A DNA stretch of 64,000 nucleotides, from positions 55,372-119,371 of the forward strand of contig CANCKM010000001.1 in assembly GCA_947378555.1 (NCBI GenBank). Direction: 5' to 3'. The notes under the pieces are model-generated. The model saw only the letters and a program-made list of their open reading frames with translations. It searched no databases and had not been told where the DNA came from. Source of the DNA: Microbacteriaceae bacterium. GTDB lineage: Bacteria; Actinomycetota; Actinomycetes; Actinomycetales; Microbacteriaceae. Shown one piece after another: positions 21,430-30,944 of the stretch. The translations under genes were made by a program, and so were the position numbers. How positions within the stretch are numbered: the first letter of the stretch is position 1; the number at the start of each line of letters is the position of its first letter.

Positions 21430-22700
21430 CGCTCTACCTCCTCGGGGCTTGTGAACCCTAAAGAGCGACGAAGTCGACGCATCGAATCGGCCGAGAATAG
21501 AACCGTTCTAACTGATTCCTGAGGTTCCGGCAGACTTAAGAACGCATCCATGGCCGCATCAAGATCTTCAATCACGTGATCGATAACCACACCGGCATAC
21601 GCCAGACGAAGGGCCATTTCGCCCGCGTTGAATCCGGAAACCACATCGACTCTCTTGATTCCAGAAAAGTCCACCGTCCACAACCAAGATGGATCATGAA
21701 CGTCTCTTCCGATGGCAATCATCAGGCGCTCGGGATACCCCGAAAGATTATCTAGATTCAGCTGAAAACTAGTTGGATTTTGAACCAGATTAAACTCGAC
21801 CTTACTCCCCTGGATTTCGACCAGTTCGCCTCGCGCGAATACAGGTGGCAGCTCATTCAACGTCTTCGTCGCCAAATCTAATGAGAAACTACTTTCCAGC
21901 AATCTCCTGGCGCTCTCAAGCGCAGCGACTGAATCAACCGCAAAGTGCAGACCGCGGTTTGGCATCTCGAGCGTGGTTTGACCCGCGGGCGTAGATACTG
22001 ACACGACCTTGCCCTGCAAATCGTTGACCTCTGAAACGACTGTCGGGCGCGGCAGGATTGGTCGATACGTCTTGGCAATCCCCTGGCCGTTTTTCGCGCT
22101 GTCTAGAACCTCTGAGGCGACCCCAAACCAGCTCGTCTCGGCAAGAGCCGAGCCACCTTCAAGTGCTAGGTAGACCAGATTCTGGTCGTCTGCGTTCATG
22201 ATGATTGCTCGGGTGGCTGATTTAGCCGCGGTCAACAATTTGGCGCTAACGTTGGCCGGATCAACGAATCGATCTAACTGGTCTTCAAGGACATTAAGCA
22301 GAGTGACCTGTCTGGCAGAAACCACCATCAGGATTTCGGCCGCATGGCCCTCATCCATCTCAAGAATCGCAATATCGCCAGGAATCACTCCTCTCAGGTT
22401 CGACTGTTCAACAATCGCTGAGAAAAAGCCCTGGGAAATATTCGCGGTCGAAGGATTGGTAAAAACCCTCAGGCCGTGAGCCCGACAAATGGCAACCAGC
22501 ATTTTTGTCGTGGTCGATTTTCCCGCCGAACCGGAAACCACGACAAGCCCCTGCGGAAACCGCATGAGCACACGATTTAGGAGTCCCGGAGCGAGCTTGC
22601 TAAGAAACAGGCCCGGCAGTGCGGATCCACCACCGGGTCGAACCAGTCGAACACCCATCCGAAGAAGACGGGCGAGCGCAATGGCAAATGTGTAGCGCAA
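21426..22700 (-). CDS. murT: MurT-like Mur ligase with DUF1727 C-terminal domain
   Basis: GGGSALPG, P-loop SGSAGKSTT, LEMDEG, LN...DQLDRF, NADD, QNP.SF and D..SWLW.VDF motifs. Confidence 0.85.
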   Translation of the reverse strand: MRYTFAIALARLLRMGVRLVRPGGGSALPGLFLSKLAPGLLNRVLMRFPQGLVVVSGSAGKSTTTKMLVAICRAHGLRVFTNPSTANISQGFFSAIVEQSNLRGVIPGDIAILEMDEGHAAEILMVVSARQVTLLNVLEDQLDRFVDPANVSAKLLTAAKSATRAIIMNADDQNLVYLALEGGSALAETSWFGVASEVLDSAKNGQGIAKTYRPILPRPTVVSEVNDLQGKVVSVSTPAGQTTLEMPNRGLHFAVDSVAALESARRLLESSFSLDLATKTLNELPPVFARGELVEIQGSKVEFNLVQNPTSFQLNLDNLSGYPERLMIAIGRDVHDPSWLWTVDFSGIKRVDVVSGFNAGEMALRLAYAGVVIDHVIEDLDAAMDAFLSLPEPQESVRTVLFSADSMRRLRRSLGFTSPEEVER

Positions 22701-22704
22701 AACT

Positions 22705-24189
22705 CTAGTTCTCTAGGTAGTCGCGCAAGTTCTGTGAGCGTGATGGGTGGCGCAACTTAGACATCGTCTTTGACTCGATCTGTCTGATTCGCTCGCGGGT
22801 AACCCCAAACTCTTCACCAATCTGATCAAGAGTCTTCTGCACGCCGTCTCCAAGCCCAAAGCGACTTCTGATTACTCCAGCTTCGCGTGGGTGAAGGGAT
22901 TCTAGGATTCTTTCCAATTCACGCTGCAACATGGTGAAACCCACCGCGTCAGCTGGAACGACCGCTTCGGTATCCTCAATCAGGTCACCGAATTCGCTAT
23001 CTCCATCTTCACCGAGGGGTGTGGAGAGCGAGATTGGCTCACGACCATACTTCTGGACCTCGACAACCTTTTCAGGGGTCATGTCTAGCTCTCTGGCCAA
23101 CTCTTCCGGGGTCGGTTCGCGACCAAGATCTTGCAAGAGCTGACGCTGAACCCTGGCCAACTTGTTAATCACTTCAACCATGTGAACTGGGATACGGATG
23201 GTGCGTGCCTGGTCTGCCATGGCTCGGGTGATGGCCTGTCTAATCCACCAGGTTGCATAGGTCGAAAACTTGTAACCCTTGGTGTAGTCAAACTTTTCAA
23301 CCGCACGAATAAGGCCGAGGTTTCCCTCTTGAATCAAGTCAAGGAATTGCATTCCACGCCCGGTGTAGCGCTTCGCCAAACTCACAACGAGTCGAAGGTT
23401 CGCCTCGAGGAGGTGGCTCTTGGCGCGCTGCCCGTCCTTGACAACCCACTTTAGGTCGCGGGTCATGTCATTGGTCAGCTTTTTCTCAGTTGCCAACTTC
23501 TCTTCGGCAAAAAGACCAGCTTCAATTCGCTTGGCCAAGTCAACTTCGAGTTCGGCGTTTAGCAAGGCAACCTTGCCGATTTGCTTCAGGTAATCCTTTA
23601 CCGGGTCGGCAGTAGCTCCGGTGATTGTGGTGGTCTGAACCGGGATGTCATCTTCTTCTTTGTGGGAGATAACCAAGGCGCCTTCGGGAATGAAAGTCTT
23701 CTCCTTCTCCTCGTCATCATCGTGGTGCGCGTCTGTTGCTTCACCATCAAGCAACTCAATGCTTCCACCAGCGTTAATGTCGCCAACGATCGCCTCAATA
23801 GGCTCTAACTCGTCATCCTCGTCCATTTCCTCGTCGGCACCGGCTTTACTGGCCTTCGTCGCCTTGGTTGCTTTCGTTTTTGCAGCCGTTGTTGTGGCCT
23901 TGGCGGCGGCTGGCTTCTTTGCAGCCGGCTTGGTTGCCTTCTTAACGACTGCAGGAGCTACATCCACTTCAGCTATTTCAACCACTGGGGCGAAAATCTC
24001 TGTCTTTAGTTTTGGTTTCGGAGCGGCTTTGGTGGTCTTGGGCTTGGTTTCTACTGAAGCAGGAATGGTTGGCGTTTCCTTCTGAATTGGCTCTTGGATT
24101 TCGACAATCGGTTCGGGCTTGTTGGGGTTAATTAACTGAGAGAAGAAACCGCGTTTCTTTTCAGGGGCAGCATCGTTTTGCTTAGCCAT
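22705..24189 (-). CDS. sigA: Primary RNA polymerase sigma factor SigA (HrdB/RpoD)
   Basis: [45 protein letters not shown] and TRERIRQIE; GGAGG SD. Confidence 0.97.
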   Translation of the reverse strand: MAKQNDAAPEKKRGFFSQLINPNKPEPIVEIQEPIQKETPTIPASVETKPKTTKAAPKPKLKTEIFAPVVEIAEVDVAPAVVKKATKPAAKKPAAAKATTTAAKTKATKATKASKAGADEEMDEDDELEPIEAIVGDINAGGSIELLDGEATDAHHDDDEEKEKTFIPEGALVISHKEEDDIPVQTTTITGATADPVKDYLKQIGKVALLNAELEVDLAKRIEAGLFAEEKLATEKKLTNDMTRDLKWVVKDGQRAKSHLLEANLRLVVSLAKRYTGRGMQFLDLIQEGNLGLIRAVEKFDYTKGYKFSTYATWWIRQAITRAMADQARTIRIPVHMVEVINKLARVQRQLLQDLGREPTPEELARELDMTPEKVVEVQKYGREPISLSTPLGEDGDSEFGDLIEDTEAVVPADAVGFTMLQRELERILESLHPREAGVIRSRFGLGDGVQKTLDQIGEEFGVTRERIRQIESKTMSKLRHPSRSQNLRDYLEN

Positions 24190-24216
24190 TTGAACCTCCA
24201 GGCCTAACCGACTAGC

Positions 24217-24302
24217 TCACGAGGCTTCGTGACGCAATTTCGGGCAGTACTAAGACCCATGTCAAATCGGCATCGCCGACGACTGGGTCTTCTTTAAGTA
24301 TC
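24217..24302 (-). promoter_or_regulatory. Putative sigA promoter (extended -10 TGcGATACT) and structured 5' leader
   Basis: Long interrupted hairpin 24252-24291, second hairpin TCACGA-GGCT-TCGTGA 24217-24232, -10-like hexamer at 24297-24302. Confidence 0.45.
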
Positions 24303-24372
24303 GCACTAGTCAACGCTAAAATGATGCATTGAACGCCGACTCGCACTATAGAAAAGCGCTTCGGGCGAATTA

Positions 24373-25638
24373 TTATTCCAACGACAACAGAGACCTTTTA
24401 GTGAGACGAGCCTCGCGCACAAACATCAGGACACCAAAGGCCACGATGAAGACTTGAACCGGTAGGGCAAAACGAAAGTTTTGAAGGCTATAAAGCTCGG
24501 AAGCGGCACCCGCTCCAGTCTGCGAAGCAGAGTAATCAATCAGCAAACCAACCAGCAACATGGTCGAAAATGTTGCGATAAAACCGCCGATGTTTATGAA
24601 TCCGTTGGCTGTACCCAACCGTTCCACGGGCACCCACTGTTTTGAGTAGTCAAAAGCAATCATCGAAGCAGGCCCCGCGGCTGCCATGACTACCACCAAA
24701 ATCGCCAGCAACCAAACCGGAGAACGCCCAGGCACTAAAAGTACAACTGACCAGGCGACAACAATGGCTGAGGAGAGCGTGATGATGACCGTTGATCTGT
24801 GCTCTGGCCACCTGCCGCAGACGTATCCATAGAAAACCCCACATCCAAGGCCGATGAAGACGAAGGCACTCAACAGAACCGCAACCGTCTGCACCGGAAC
24901 ACCCTCGCCGTGCACGAGAAACGGAAACCCCCAAAGGAGCACGAAGACCGTTCCAGCCGATTGGGTTGAGAAGTGAGTCCAGAAGGCCATACGAACGCTT
25001 GGCGTTCGAAGATTTTCGAGCAACTGCCGCACCGACCTGCGAACGGAAATCGGCTTGTTGGCGGCGCTCGATTTCTGCCGGTCATCACTTACTAGGGCTA
25101 AAGTAGCGAAACCTAAAATAAGCGACACTGTAGCAGCGATGGTGAAGCTAGAGGTCCAGTTCGTTGCGTGCAGCAGAAATGCGAATGGAATCGCAGAGAC
25201 CACCTGACCCATTTGCCCAAGATTGCCAAGCCACTGTTGCAACCGCGAGGCTTGTCGGCCCTTGTACCAACCGTTGATTAGCCGAATCATTGAAATGAAA
25301 GTGAATGCGTCACCGAGCCCAACCAGCATTCGACCAGAAACCGCGAGAGGCAGATTGGGAGCCCACGCAACCACAATTTGGCCAACGGACATTACAAGCG
25401 CCCCGAACGCGAGCAAAAGCCTCGGCCCGAAGCGATCGAGTAAAACACCGACTGGTATCTGCATCACGGCGTAGATCAAAATTTGCCAGAACGCTAACGA
25501 TGCGAGCTGGGATGCATTCGTCTGAAAACGGTCTGTTGCCTGAAGCGCTGCAACCCCCATGGTGCTTCGCTGGGTCACAGCAGAAAGATATGCAAGGGCC
25601 CCAACCGTTAAAACCAACGGCCCACGATTGAAGGTCAC
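24373..25638 (-). CDS. MFS transporter
   Basis: About 12 TM segments, motif A G.LLDRFGPR; GTG at 25638 chosen because upstream starts overlap the PAC2 gene. Confidence 0.88.
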   Translation of the reverse strand: MTFNRGPLVLTVGALAYLSAVTQRSTMGVAALQATDRFQTNASQLASLAFWQILIYAVMQIPVGVLLDRFGPRLLLAFGALVMSVGQIVVAWAPNLPLAVSGRMLVGLGDAFTFISMIRLINGWYKGRQASRLQQWLGNLGQMGQVVSAIPFAFLLHATNWTSSFTIAATVSLILGFATLALVSDDRQKSSAANKPISVRRSVRQLLENLRTPSVRMAFWTHFSTQSAGTVFVLLWGFPFLVHGEGVPVQTVAVLLSAFVFIGLGCGVFYGYVCGRWPEHRSTVIITLSSAIVVAWSVVLLVPGRSPVWLLAILVVVMAAAGPASMIAFDYSKQWVPVERLGTANGFINIGGFIATFSTMLLVGLLIDYSASQTGAGAASELYSLQNFRFALPVQVFIVAFGVLMFVREARLTKRSLLSLE

Positions 25639-25642
25639 GAGC

Positions 25643-26572
25643 TTAGGCTTGCTCGCCAGAATCCTCGGCACCATTTTTGAATCTAGCCGAGAGGTAATCC
25701 TCCAGTTCGGCAGCAATTTCCTCAGCCGATGGCATTTTAGAAACCGGTTTACTAACAGGAGACCTTCCGGGGCCGGCCTTGCTGTTTCCGTAGCCTTGTT
25801 CCAGTGATCCAACAATTCTGGACAGTTCCTGGTTCTCTTCCAACTGCTCAGACAACTTTTTACTGAATCGGTCTGCTTCGAAACGCAGCGGATCAGTTTT
25901 GAAGACCAAACCGGTGATCCCTGTCAGTTGTTCAAAGGCTTCAATTGCCGCCTGTGGGTAGTCACTGTCGCTTAGGTAATGAGGAACGAGCAACACTATC
26001 CCTGCAATCGGAATACCGGCCGCAGATGCACGAAACTCAACCAAATGCAAAACATTTCCAGGGACTTGGGTTTGGGGTTTCCACTCTGAGATTTGATCAA
26101 TCAGGTCGCGACGATTTCCCGAAACAGTTACTCCAACGGCACGCGTGTGGGGAATTGGGAATGGAATCGAGTGCACCCAGGTCACGTCCGAAACGGCAAA
26201 CAAATCAAGTAAATCTAAAACGGCAAAGGTGAATGCATCCCACTTAAAATCGGGCTCATATCCGTGCATGAAAAGAAACGGAACATTCGCCTCATCCCAA
26301 ACAAGATAGATTCCGAGAATCGCCGGTTGGTAATCGGCAATGTGGTCCTTCTCAAAAAACATGACTGGGCGTCGAGCGCGATAATCCAAAAGCTGATCGT
26401 TATCGAACTGGACGAGCAGTTCGTGATTGAAATTCGCGAAAATATTCTCAGCGACCTGCGAGATTGTTGATCCGGCGTCGGTGAAACCAGTCAGGCCCGC
26501 GATCAAATGCATCCCCAATGGCACTTCGGCGGGCACCTCAAGAATTCGGTACAACTTTGACTCGATGTTCAT
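25643..26572 (-). CDS. PAC2 (proteasome assembly chaperone) family protein
   Basis: GFTDAG, D.LLDYRARRP, G.EPD..W, PHTR and VPHY motifs. Confidence 0.85.
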   Translation of the reverse strand: MNIESKLYRILEVPAEVPLGMHLIAGLTGFTDAGSTISQVAENIFANFNHELLVQFDNDQLLDYRARRPVMFFEKDHIADYQPAILGIYLVWDEANVPFLFMHGYEPDFKWDAFTFAVLDLLDLFAVSDVTWVHSIPFPIPHTRAVGVTVSGNRRDLIDQISEWKPQTQVPGNVLHLVEFRASAAGIPIAGIVLLVPHYLSDSDYPQAAIEAFEQLTGITGLVFKTDPLRFEADRFSKKLSEQLEENQELSRIVGSLEQGYGNSKAGPGRSPVSKPVSKMPSAEEIAAELEDYLSARFKNGAEDSGEQA

Positions 26573-26607
26573 CTATTCATCCTATTCGCGACAGTAGGCT
26601 TCTAGTT

Positions 26608-28080
26608 ATGCTCAAGACCTCGACAATCAGTATTCTTCCCACCTTCAGCAAAACCACGGTTATCGTGGTTGGCGTGACCAGCGACGATTCGGGGCTCACC
26701 ATTAGTTCCTCGCAACTGTCAACGGAACAGTTGCAGTCGCTCGAACTAGAACTCCTTGGGGTTTCGGCGAAGCCAGAGCAGGTCAAGCTCTTGCCCTTTG
26801 AAGGACTGGGTGCTGTTGCGCTCGTTGGCCTAGGTTCTGGTGAAAATCCAGATCTGCGCGCCGTGTCCGGCTCGATTGCTAGAGCCGTTAGATCTTTTGA
26901 GAACGTGGTCATCGACTTGGATCTGAAGTCCGGTGAAGAAGTGCTTGAAGTAATTGAGGGTTTTAGCCTTTCCACCTACCAGTACACCGAATATCAAGCA
27001 GCGACTAAGAGCGGCATAAAAACAACTTCTCTTTGCGTGGTGACTGGACTCGCTATCGACCAAGCCCAGCTAACCAGAATTTCTATTCTGGCTCAGAGCG
27101 TGCACGACACGCGCGATCTAGTCAATCAACCACCAAACCACCTGTACCCGGCATCCTTCGTCGCGTCCGTAGAGGCCGGCGTCAAGGGCCACGGCATCGA
27201 GGTCACAGTTTGGGATGAAAAATCTCTGGAGTCTGAAGGCTTCGGTGGCATCGCAGCTGTTGGCAAAGGTTCAACCAGACCACCCAGAATGGTGAAACTT
27301 GACTACCACCCAAAAACTGCGAAGAAGCATTTAGCTCTCGTGGGCAAGGGAATTACTTTTGATTCGGGCGGCCTCTCGCTGAAGCCGGCGGAGTCGATGG
27401 TCGGCATGAAGTACGACATGACAGGCGCAGCCAGCGTGTACCAGGCAGTGGTTGCGATTGCAAAACTGGGCCTGCCAATCAGAGCCACCGCGTGGTTGTG
27501 CCTCGCCGAAAACCTTCCATCGGGCAGCGCAACGAGACCGAATGACATCATCAAAATCCGAAACGGCAAGACAGTGGAGGTCTTGAATACTGACGCTGAG
27601 GGCCGGCTAGTTTTGGCCGATGGCCTCAGCGCCGCAAGTGAGACCCACCCGGATCTGATTGTCGATGTGGCTACCCTGACCGGTGCTGCAACAATTGCGC
27701 TTGGCCACCGCTACGCAGGTTTAATGGGAGACCCGGAAGCGATTGCCAAAGTTGACACGGCTGCTAAGACCGTGGGCGAATTAGTCTGGCCAATGCCGCT
27801 TCCCAATGAGCTGCGAACGCTTTTAGACTCCCCGATCGCAGATATCGCCAACGTCAAGATAGGTAACCGCGCTGGAGGCATGCTCATTGGCGGGCTGTTC
27901 CTGAAGGAATTCATCGGTCCAAAATCAGCGTCTGACAAAACTCCGATTAGCTGGGCCCATCTTGATATTGCTGGCCCCGCAAACAACGACTCAGCAGCTT
28001 ATGGGCACACCCCTAAGGGTGCCACCGGAGCAATTGTCCGCACCCTCGTGCAATTGGCCGAACAAGTAAGCGCCGAATAA
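26608..28080 (+). CDS. pepA: Leucyl aminopeptidase (M17)
   Basis: VGKGITFDSGG, MKYDM, NTDAEGRL, ATLTGA and HLDIAG motifs. Confidence 0.95.
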   Translation: MLKTSTISILPTFSKTTVIVVGVTSDDSGLTISSSQLSTEQLQSLELELLGVSAKPEQVKLLPFEGLGAVALVGLGSGENPDLRAVSGSIARAVRSFENVVIDLDLKSGEEVLEVIEGFSLSTYQYTEYQAATKSGIKTTSLCVVTGLAIDQAQLTRISILAQSVHDTRDLVNQPPNHLYPASFVASVEAGVKGHGIEVTVWDEKSLESEGFGGIAAVGKGSTRPPRMVKLDYHPKTAKKHLALVGKGITFDSGGLSLKPAESMVGMKYDMTGAASVYQAVVAIAKLGLPIRATAWLCLAENLPSGSATRPNDIIKIRNGKTVEVLNTDAEGRLVLADGLSAASETHPDLIVDVATLTGAATIALGHRYAGLMGDPEAIAKVDTAAKTVGELVWPMPLPNELRTLLDSPIADIANVKIGNRAGGMLIGGLFLKEFIGPKSASDKTPISWAHLDIAGPANNDSAAYGHTPKGATGAIVRTLVQLAEQVSAE

Positions 28081-28145
28081 CCTCAAGAACAGGGCAGCAG
28101 TAGTAAAGTTGCTAGAGAATCACATACCCATTTAGGAGTTGAACT

Positions 28146-29522
28146 TTGGCTGACCACAATTTTGATGTTGTTATTCTCGGTGGCGGAAGTGGCGGCTATG
28201 CGGCTGCTTTGCGTTCGGCCCAGTTGGGAATGTCTGTTGCCTTGATCGAAAAAGACAAGCTTGGCGGCACCTGCCTTCACCGTGGTTGCATCCCAACCAA
28301 GGCCCTCTTGCACTCTGGCGAGATTGCCGATAACACTCGCGAGGCAGCGAAGTTCGGAATCAACGCGACCCTGAATGGCATCGACATGCCTGCCGTCAAT
28401 AAGTACCGTGATGGCATCGTTGACCGTCTATTCAAGGGCCTAACAGGCCTCATTGGATCCAAAGACATCACTGTGGTTTCGGGCGAGGGCAGACTGGTCG
28501 GACCAAAAACCATTCAGGTTGGTTCCGACAACTACACCGGCGCAAACATTGTTTTGGCTACCGGCTCTTACAGCAGAACGCTCCCGGGCTTAGAGATAGC
28601 CGGTCGAGTAATCACATCGGAGCATGCTCTTCAACTGAACTTCGTGCCACAAAAAGTCATCGTTCTCGGTGGCGGCGTAATCGGTGTCGAGTTTGCTTCA
28701 ATCTGGCGCTCATTCGGAGCAGAGGTGACAATCATCGAAGGTTTGTCTCACCTAGTTCCAAACGAAGACGAAGCTATCAGCAAGGGACTAGAACGCGCCT
28801 TCAAAAAGCGTGGCATCGACTTCAAACTGGGAGTCCGATTCTCGGGCGTAGTTCAAAGCGAAACCGGAGTGGCGGTTAGCCTCGAAGATGGCACCGTACT
28901 AGAGGCAGAGCTTATGCTCGTGGCCGTTGGTCGCGGCCCAAACGCGACAGGTTTCGGATACGAAGAGCAAGGCATCAACATGGATCGCGGCTTTGTTCTA
29001 ACGAATGAAAGACTGCAGACCAACCAGCCTGGCGTATACGCAGCGGGCGACATTGTGCCGGGTCTTCAACTCGCACACAGAGGATTCCAACAGGGCATTT
29101 TCATCGCCGAGGAGATTGCGGGCTTGGCCCCGATCGCAATTGACGAAAGCGGAATTCCAAAGGTTACCTACTGCGAACCAGAAATTGCTTCGGTTGGTTT
29201 GAGCGAAGTTCAGGCACGTGAACTTCACGGTGCTGACAACGTCTCGACCTATGAATACAACCTAGGCGGCAACGGAAAGACACAGATTCTAGGAAGCGCC
29301 GGATTCATCAAACTTGTGCGCAAGAACGACGGCCCAATCCTGGGCATCCACATGATTGGAAGTCGTGTTGGCGAGCAAATCGGCGAAGCCCAACTGATTG
29401 TCAACTGGGAAGCATATCCTGAGGACGTGGCTTCTTTGATTCACGCACACCCAACCTTGAACGAAGCAATGGGTGAGGCTCACCTGGCGCTAGCCGGCAA
29501 GCCGCTTCACGCACACGCCTAA
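28146..29522 (+). CDS. lpdA: Dihydrolipoyl dehydrogenase
   Basis: GGGSGG, CLHRGC redox disulfide, HAHPT..E; AGGAG SD before TTG. Confidence 0.96.
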   Translation: MADHNFDVVILGGGSGGYAAALRSAQLGMSVALIEKDKLGGTCLHRGCIPTKALLHSGEIADNTREAAKFGINATLNGIDMPAVNKYRDGIVDRLFKGLTGLIGSKDITVVSGEGRLVGPKTIQVGSDNYTGANIVLATGSYSRTLPGLEIAGRVITSEHALQLNFVPQKVIVLGGGVIGVEFASIWRSFGAEVTIIEGLSHLVPNEDEAISKGLERAFKKRGIDFKLGVRFSGVVQSETGVAVSLEDGTVLEAELMLVAVGRGPNATGFGYEEQGINMDRGFVLTNERLQTNQPGVYAAGDIVPGLQLAHRGFQQGIFIAEEIAGLAPIAIDESGIPKVTYCEPEIASVGLSEVQARELHGADNVSTYEYNLGGNGKTQILGSAGFIKLVRKNDGPILGIHMIGSRVGEQIGEAQLIVNWEAYPEDVASLIHAHPTLNEAMGEAHLALAGKPLHAHA

Positions 29523-29566
29523 AACTATTTGCACCATCCAGTCTGCATAAGGAGCAGCGAACGATC

Positions 29567-30931
29567 ATGAGTGAATCTGTAGTACTACCAGCCCTAGGCG
29601 AAAGCGTAACCGAGGGAACAGTAACCCGTTGGCTTAAGAAGGTTGGCGACACCGTCGCCATTGATGAGCCGCTGGTTGAGGTGTCAACCGACAAGGTTGA
29701 CACCGAGATTCCGTCACCAGTGGCCGGAATTCTCGAACAGATTCTGGTTCAAGAAGACGAGACAGTCGAAGTTGGTGCGGTTTTGGCTGTCATCGGCTCA
29801 GGCGTCGCCGCTGCCGAAGCTCCAGTTGTTGCCGCTCCAGTTGTTGCTGCACCGGTTGTTGCTGCACCGGTTGTTGCTGCACCGGTTGTTGCCGCACCGG
29901 TTGTTGCCGCTCCAGTTGTTGCTGCACCGGTTGTTGCCGCACCGGTTGTTGCCGCACCGGTTGTTGCCGCACCGGTTGTTGCCGCACCGGTTGTTGCCGC
30001 TCCAGTAGTTGCTGCACCAGTCGTAGCTGCCCCGGCTGCCACATCTTCCGACGCTAGATACGTCACTCCCCTAGTCAGAAAGCTGGCCAATGATGCTGGT
30101 GTAAACCTTAGCCAGGTTCCCGGAACCGGCGTGGGCGGGCGCATTCGCAAGGAAGACGTTCTAGCGGCCCTGAATGTCGCTCCAACCACTTCAGCGGTTC
30201 AGGCACCACCGAGCCCGCTTCGCGGCACCACCGAGCCAATGTCAAGGCTCCGCAAGGTATTGGCAGAGCGAGCTGTTGCATCGATGCAGGCTACTGCTCA
30301 GCTGACCACTGTTGTTGAGGTCGACTTGACTCGTGTTGCAAACCTGAGGAAAAAGGTTCAGCCGAGCTTCATCGCGGCCGGAACCAAGTTGAACTTCATG
30401 CCGTTCTTCTTCCTAGCCACAGCGGAAGCGCTTCGCGTGCACCCCAAGCTAAACGCAACAATTGATGGCGAGAACATCGTTTATCACGATGGCGAGAACA
30501 TCAGCTTTGCCGTTGACACCGAACGAGGCCTCCTAACCCCGGTGATCCGCAACTCAGCCGATCTGACTATCTTGCAGACCGCTCAGCAGATTGCCGAACT
30601 CGCTCACCGCACCCGCGAAAACAAGTTGAAGCCAGACGAACTCGGTGGGGCGACCTTTACCCTCACCAACACCGGCTCACGTGGCGCGCTGTTTGACACG
30701 CCAGTCGTATTCCTTCCTCAGGTTGCCATCCTTGGCACCGGCGCCGTCACCAAGCGTGCGGTGGTTATGACCGATGCAGACGGTCAAGAGTCGATTGCCA
30801 TTCGAAGCATGGTTTACCTAGCGCTGTCATACGATCACCGACTTGTCGATGGTGCCGATGCCAGCCGATTCCTAGTTGATGTCAAGAAGCGTCTAGAAGA
30901 CGCCAACTTCGAGTCAAACCTGGGCCTCTAG
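29567..30931 (+). CDS. sucB: Dihydrolipoamide acyltransferase E2 (SucB/DlaT), single lipoyl domain
   Basis: Lipoyl [16 protein letters not shown]...[12 protein letters not shown], catalytic DHRLVDG. Confidence 0.93.
   Translation: MSESVVLPALGESVTEGTVTRWLKKVGDTVAIDEPLVEVSTDKVDTEIPSPVAGILEQILVQEDETVEVGAVLAVIGSGVAAAEAPVVAAPVVAAPVVAAPVVAAPVVAAPVVAAPVVAAPVVAAPVVAAPVVAAPVVAAPVVAAPVVAAPVVAAPAATSSDARYVTPLVRKLANDAGVNLSQVPGTGVGGRIRKEDVLAALNVAPTTSAVQAPPSPLRGTTEPMSRLRKVLAERAVASMQATAQLTTVVEVDLTRVANLRKKVQPSFIAAGTKLNFMPFFFLATAEALRVHPKLNATIDGENIVYHDGENISFAVDTERGLLTPVIRNSADLTILQTAQQIAELAHRTRENKLKPDELGGATFTLTNTGSRGALFDTPVVFLPQVAILGTGAVTKRAVVMTDADGQESIAIRSMVYLALSYDHRLVDGADASRFLVDVKKRLEDANFESNLGL
29819..30028 (+). 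repeat. Coding tandem repeat, 14 x 15 bp (APVVA)
   Basis: GCW CCR GTT GTT GCY units counted directly; forms the lipoyl-PSBD linker. Confidence 0.95.
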
Positions 30932-30944
30932 GCGTCACCGGTAC

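Noticed and set aside
23645-24085. Hydrophobic 146-aa + strand ORF resembling a membrane protein
   Set aside because: Antisense reading of the Lys/Ala-rich and acidic N-terminus of SigA
25639-25815. N-terminal extension of the MFS ORF
   Set aside because: It overlaps the PAC2 gene; GTG at 25638 gives a normal MFS length
29819-30028. Possible CRISPR array
   Set aside because: Contiguous 15-bp units with no spacers, in frame within a gene, and no cas genes in the window
29643-30189. Alternative-frame ORFs with AATTG, LLHRL or QQPVR repeats
   Set aside because: These are shadows of the 15-bp APVVA coding repeat in sucB
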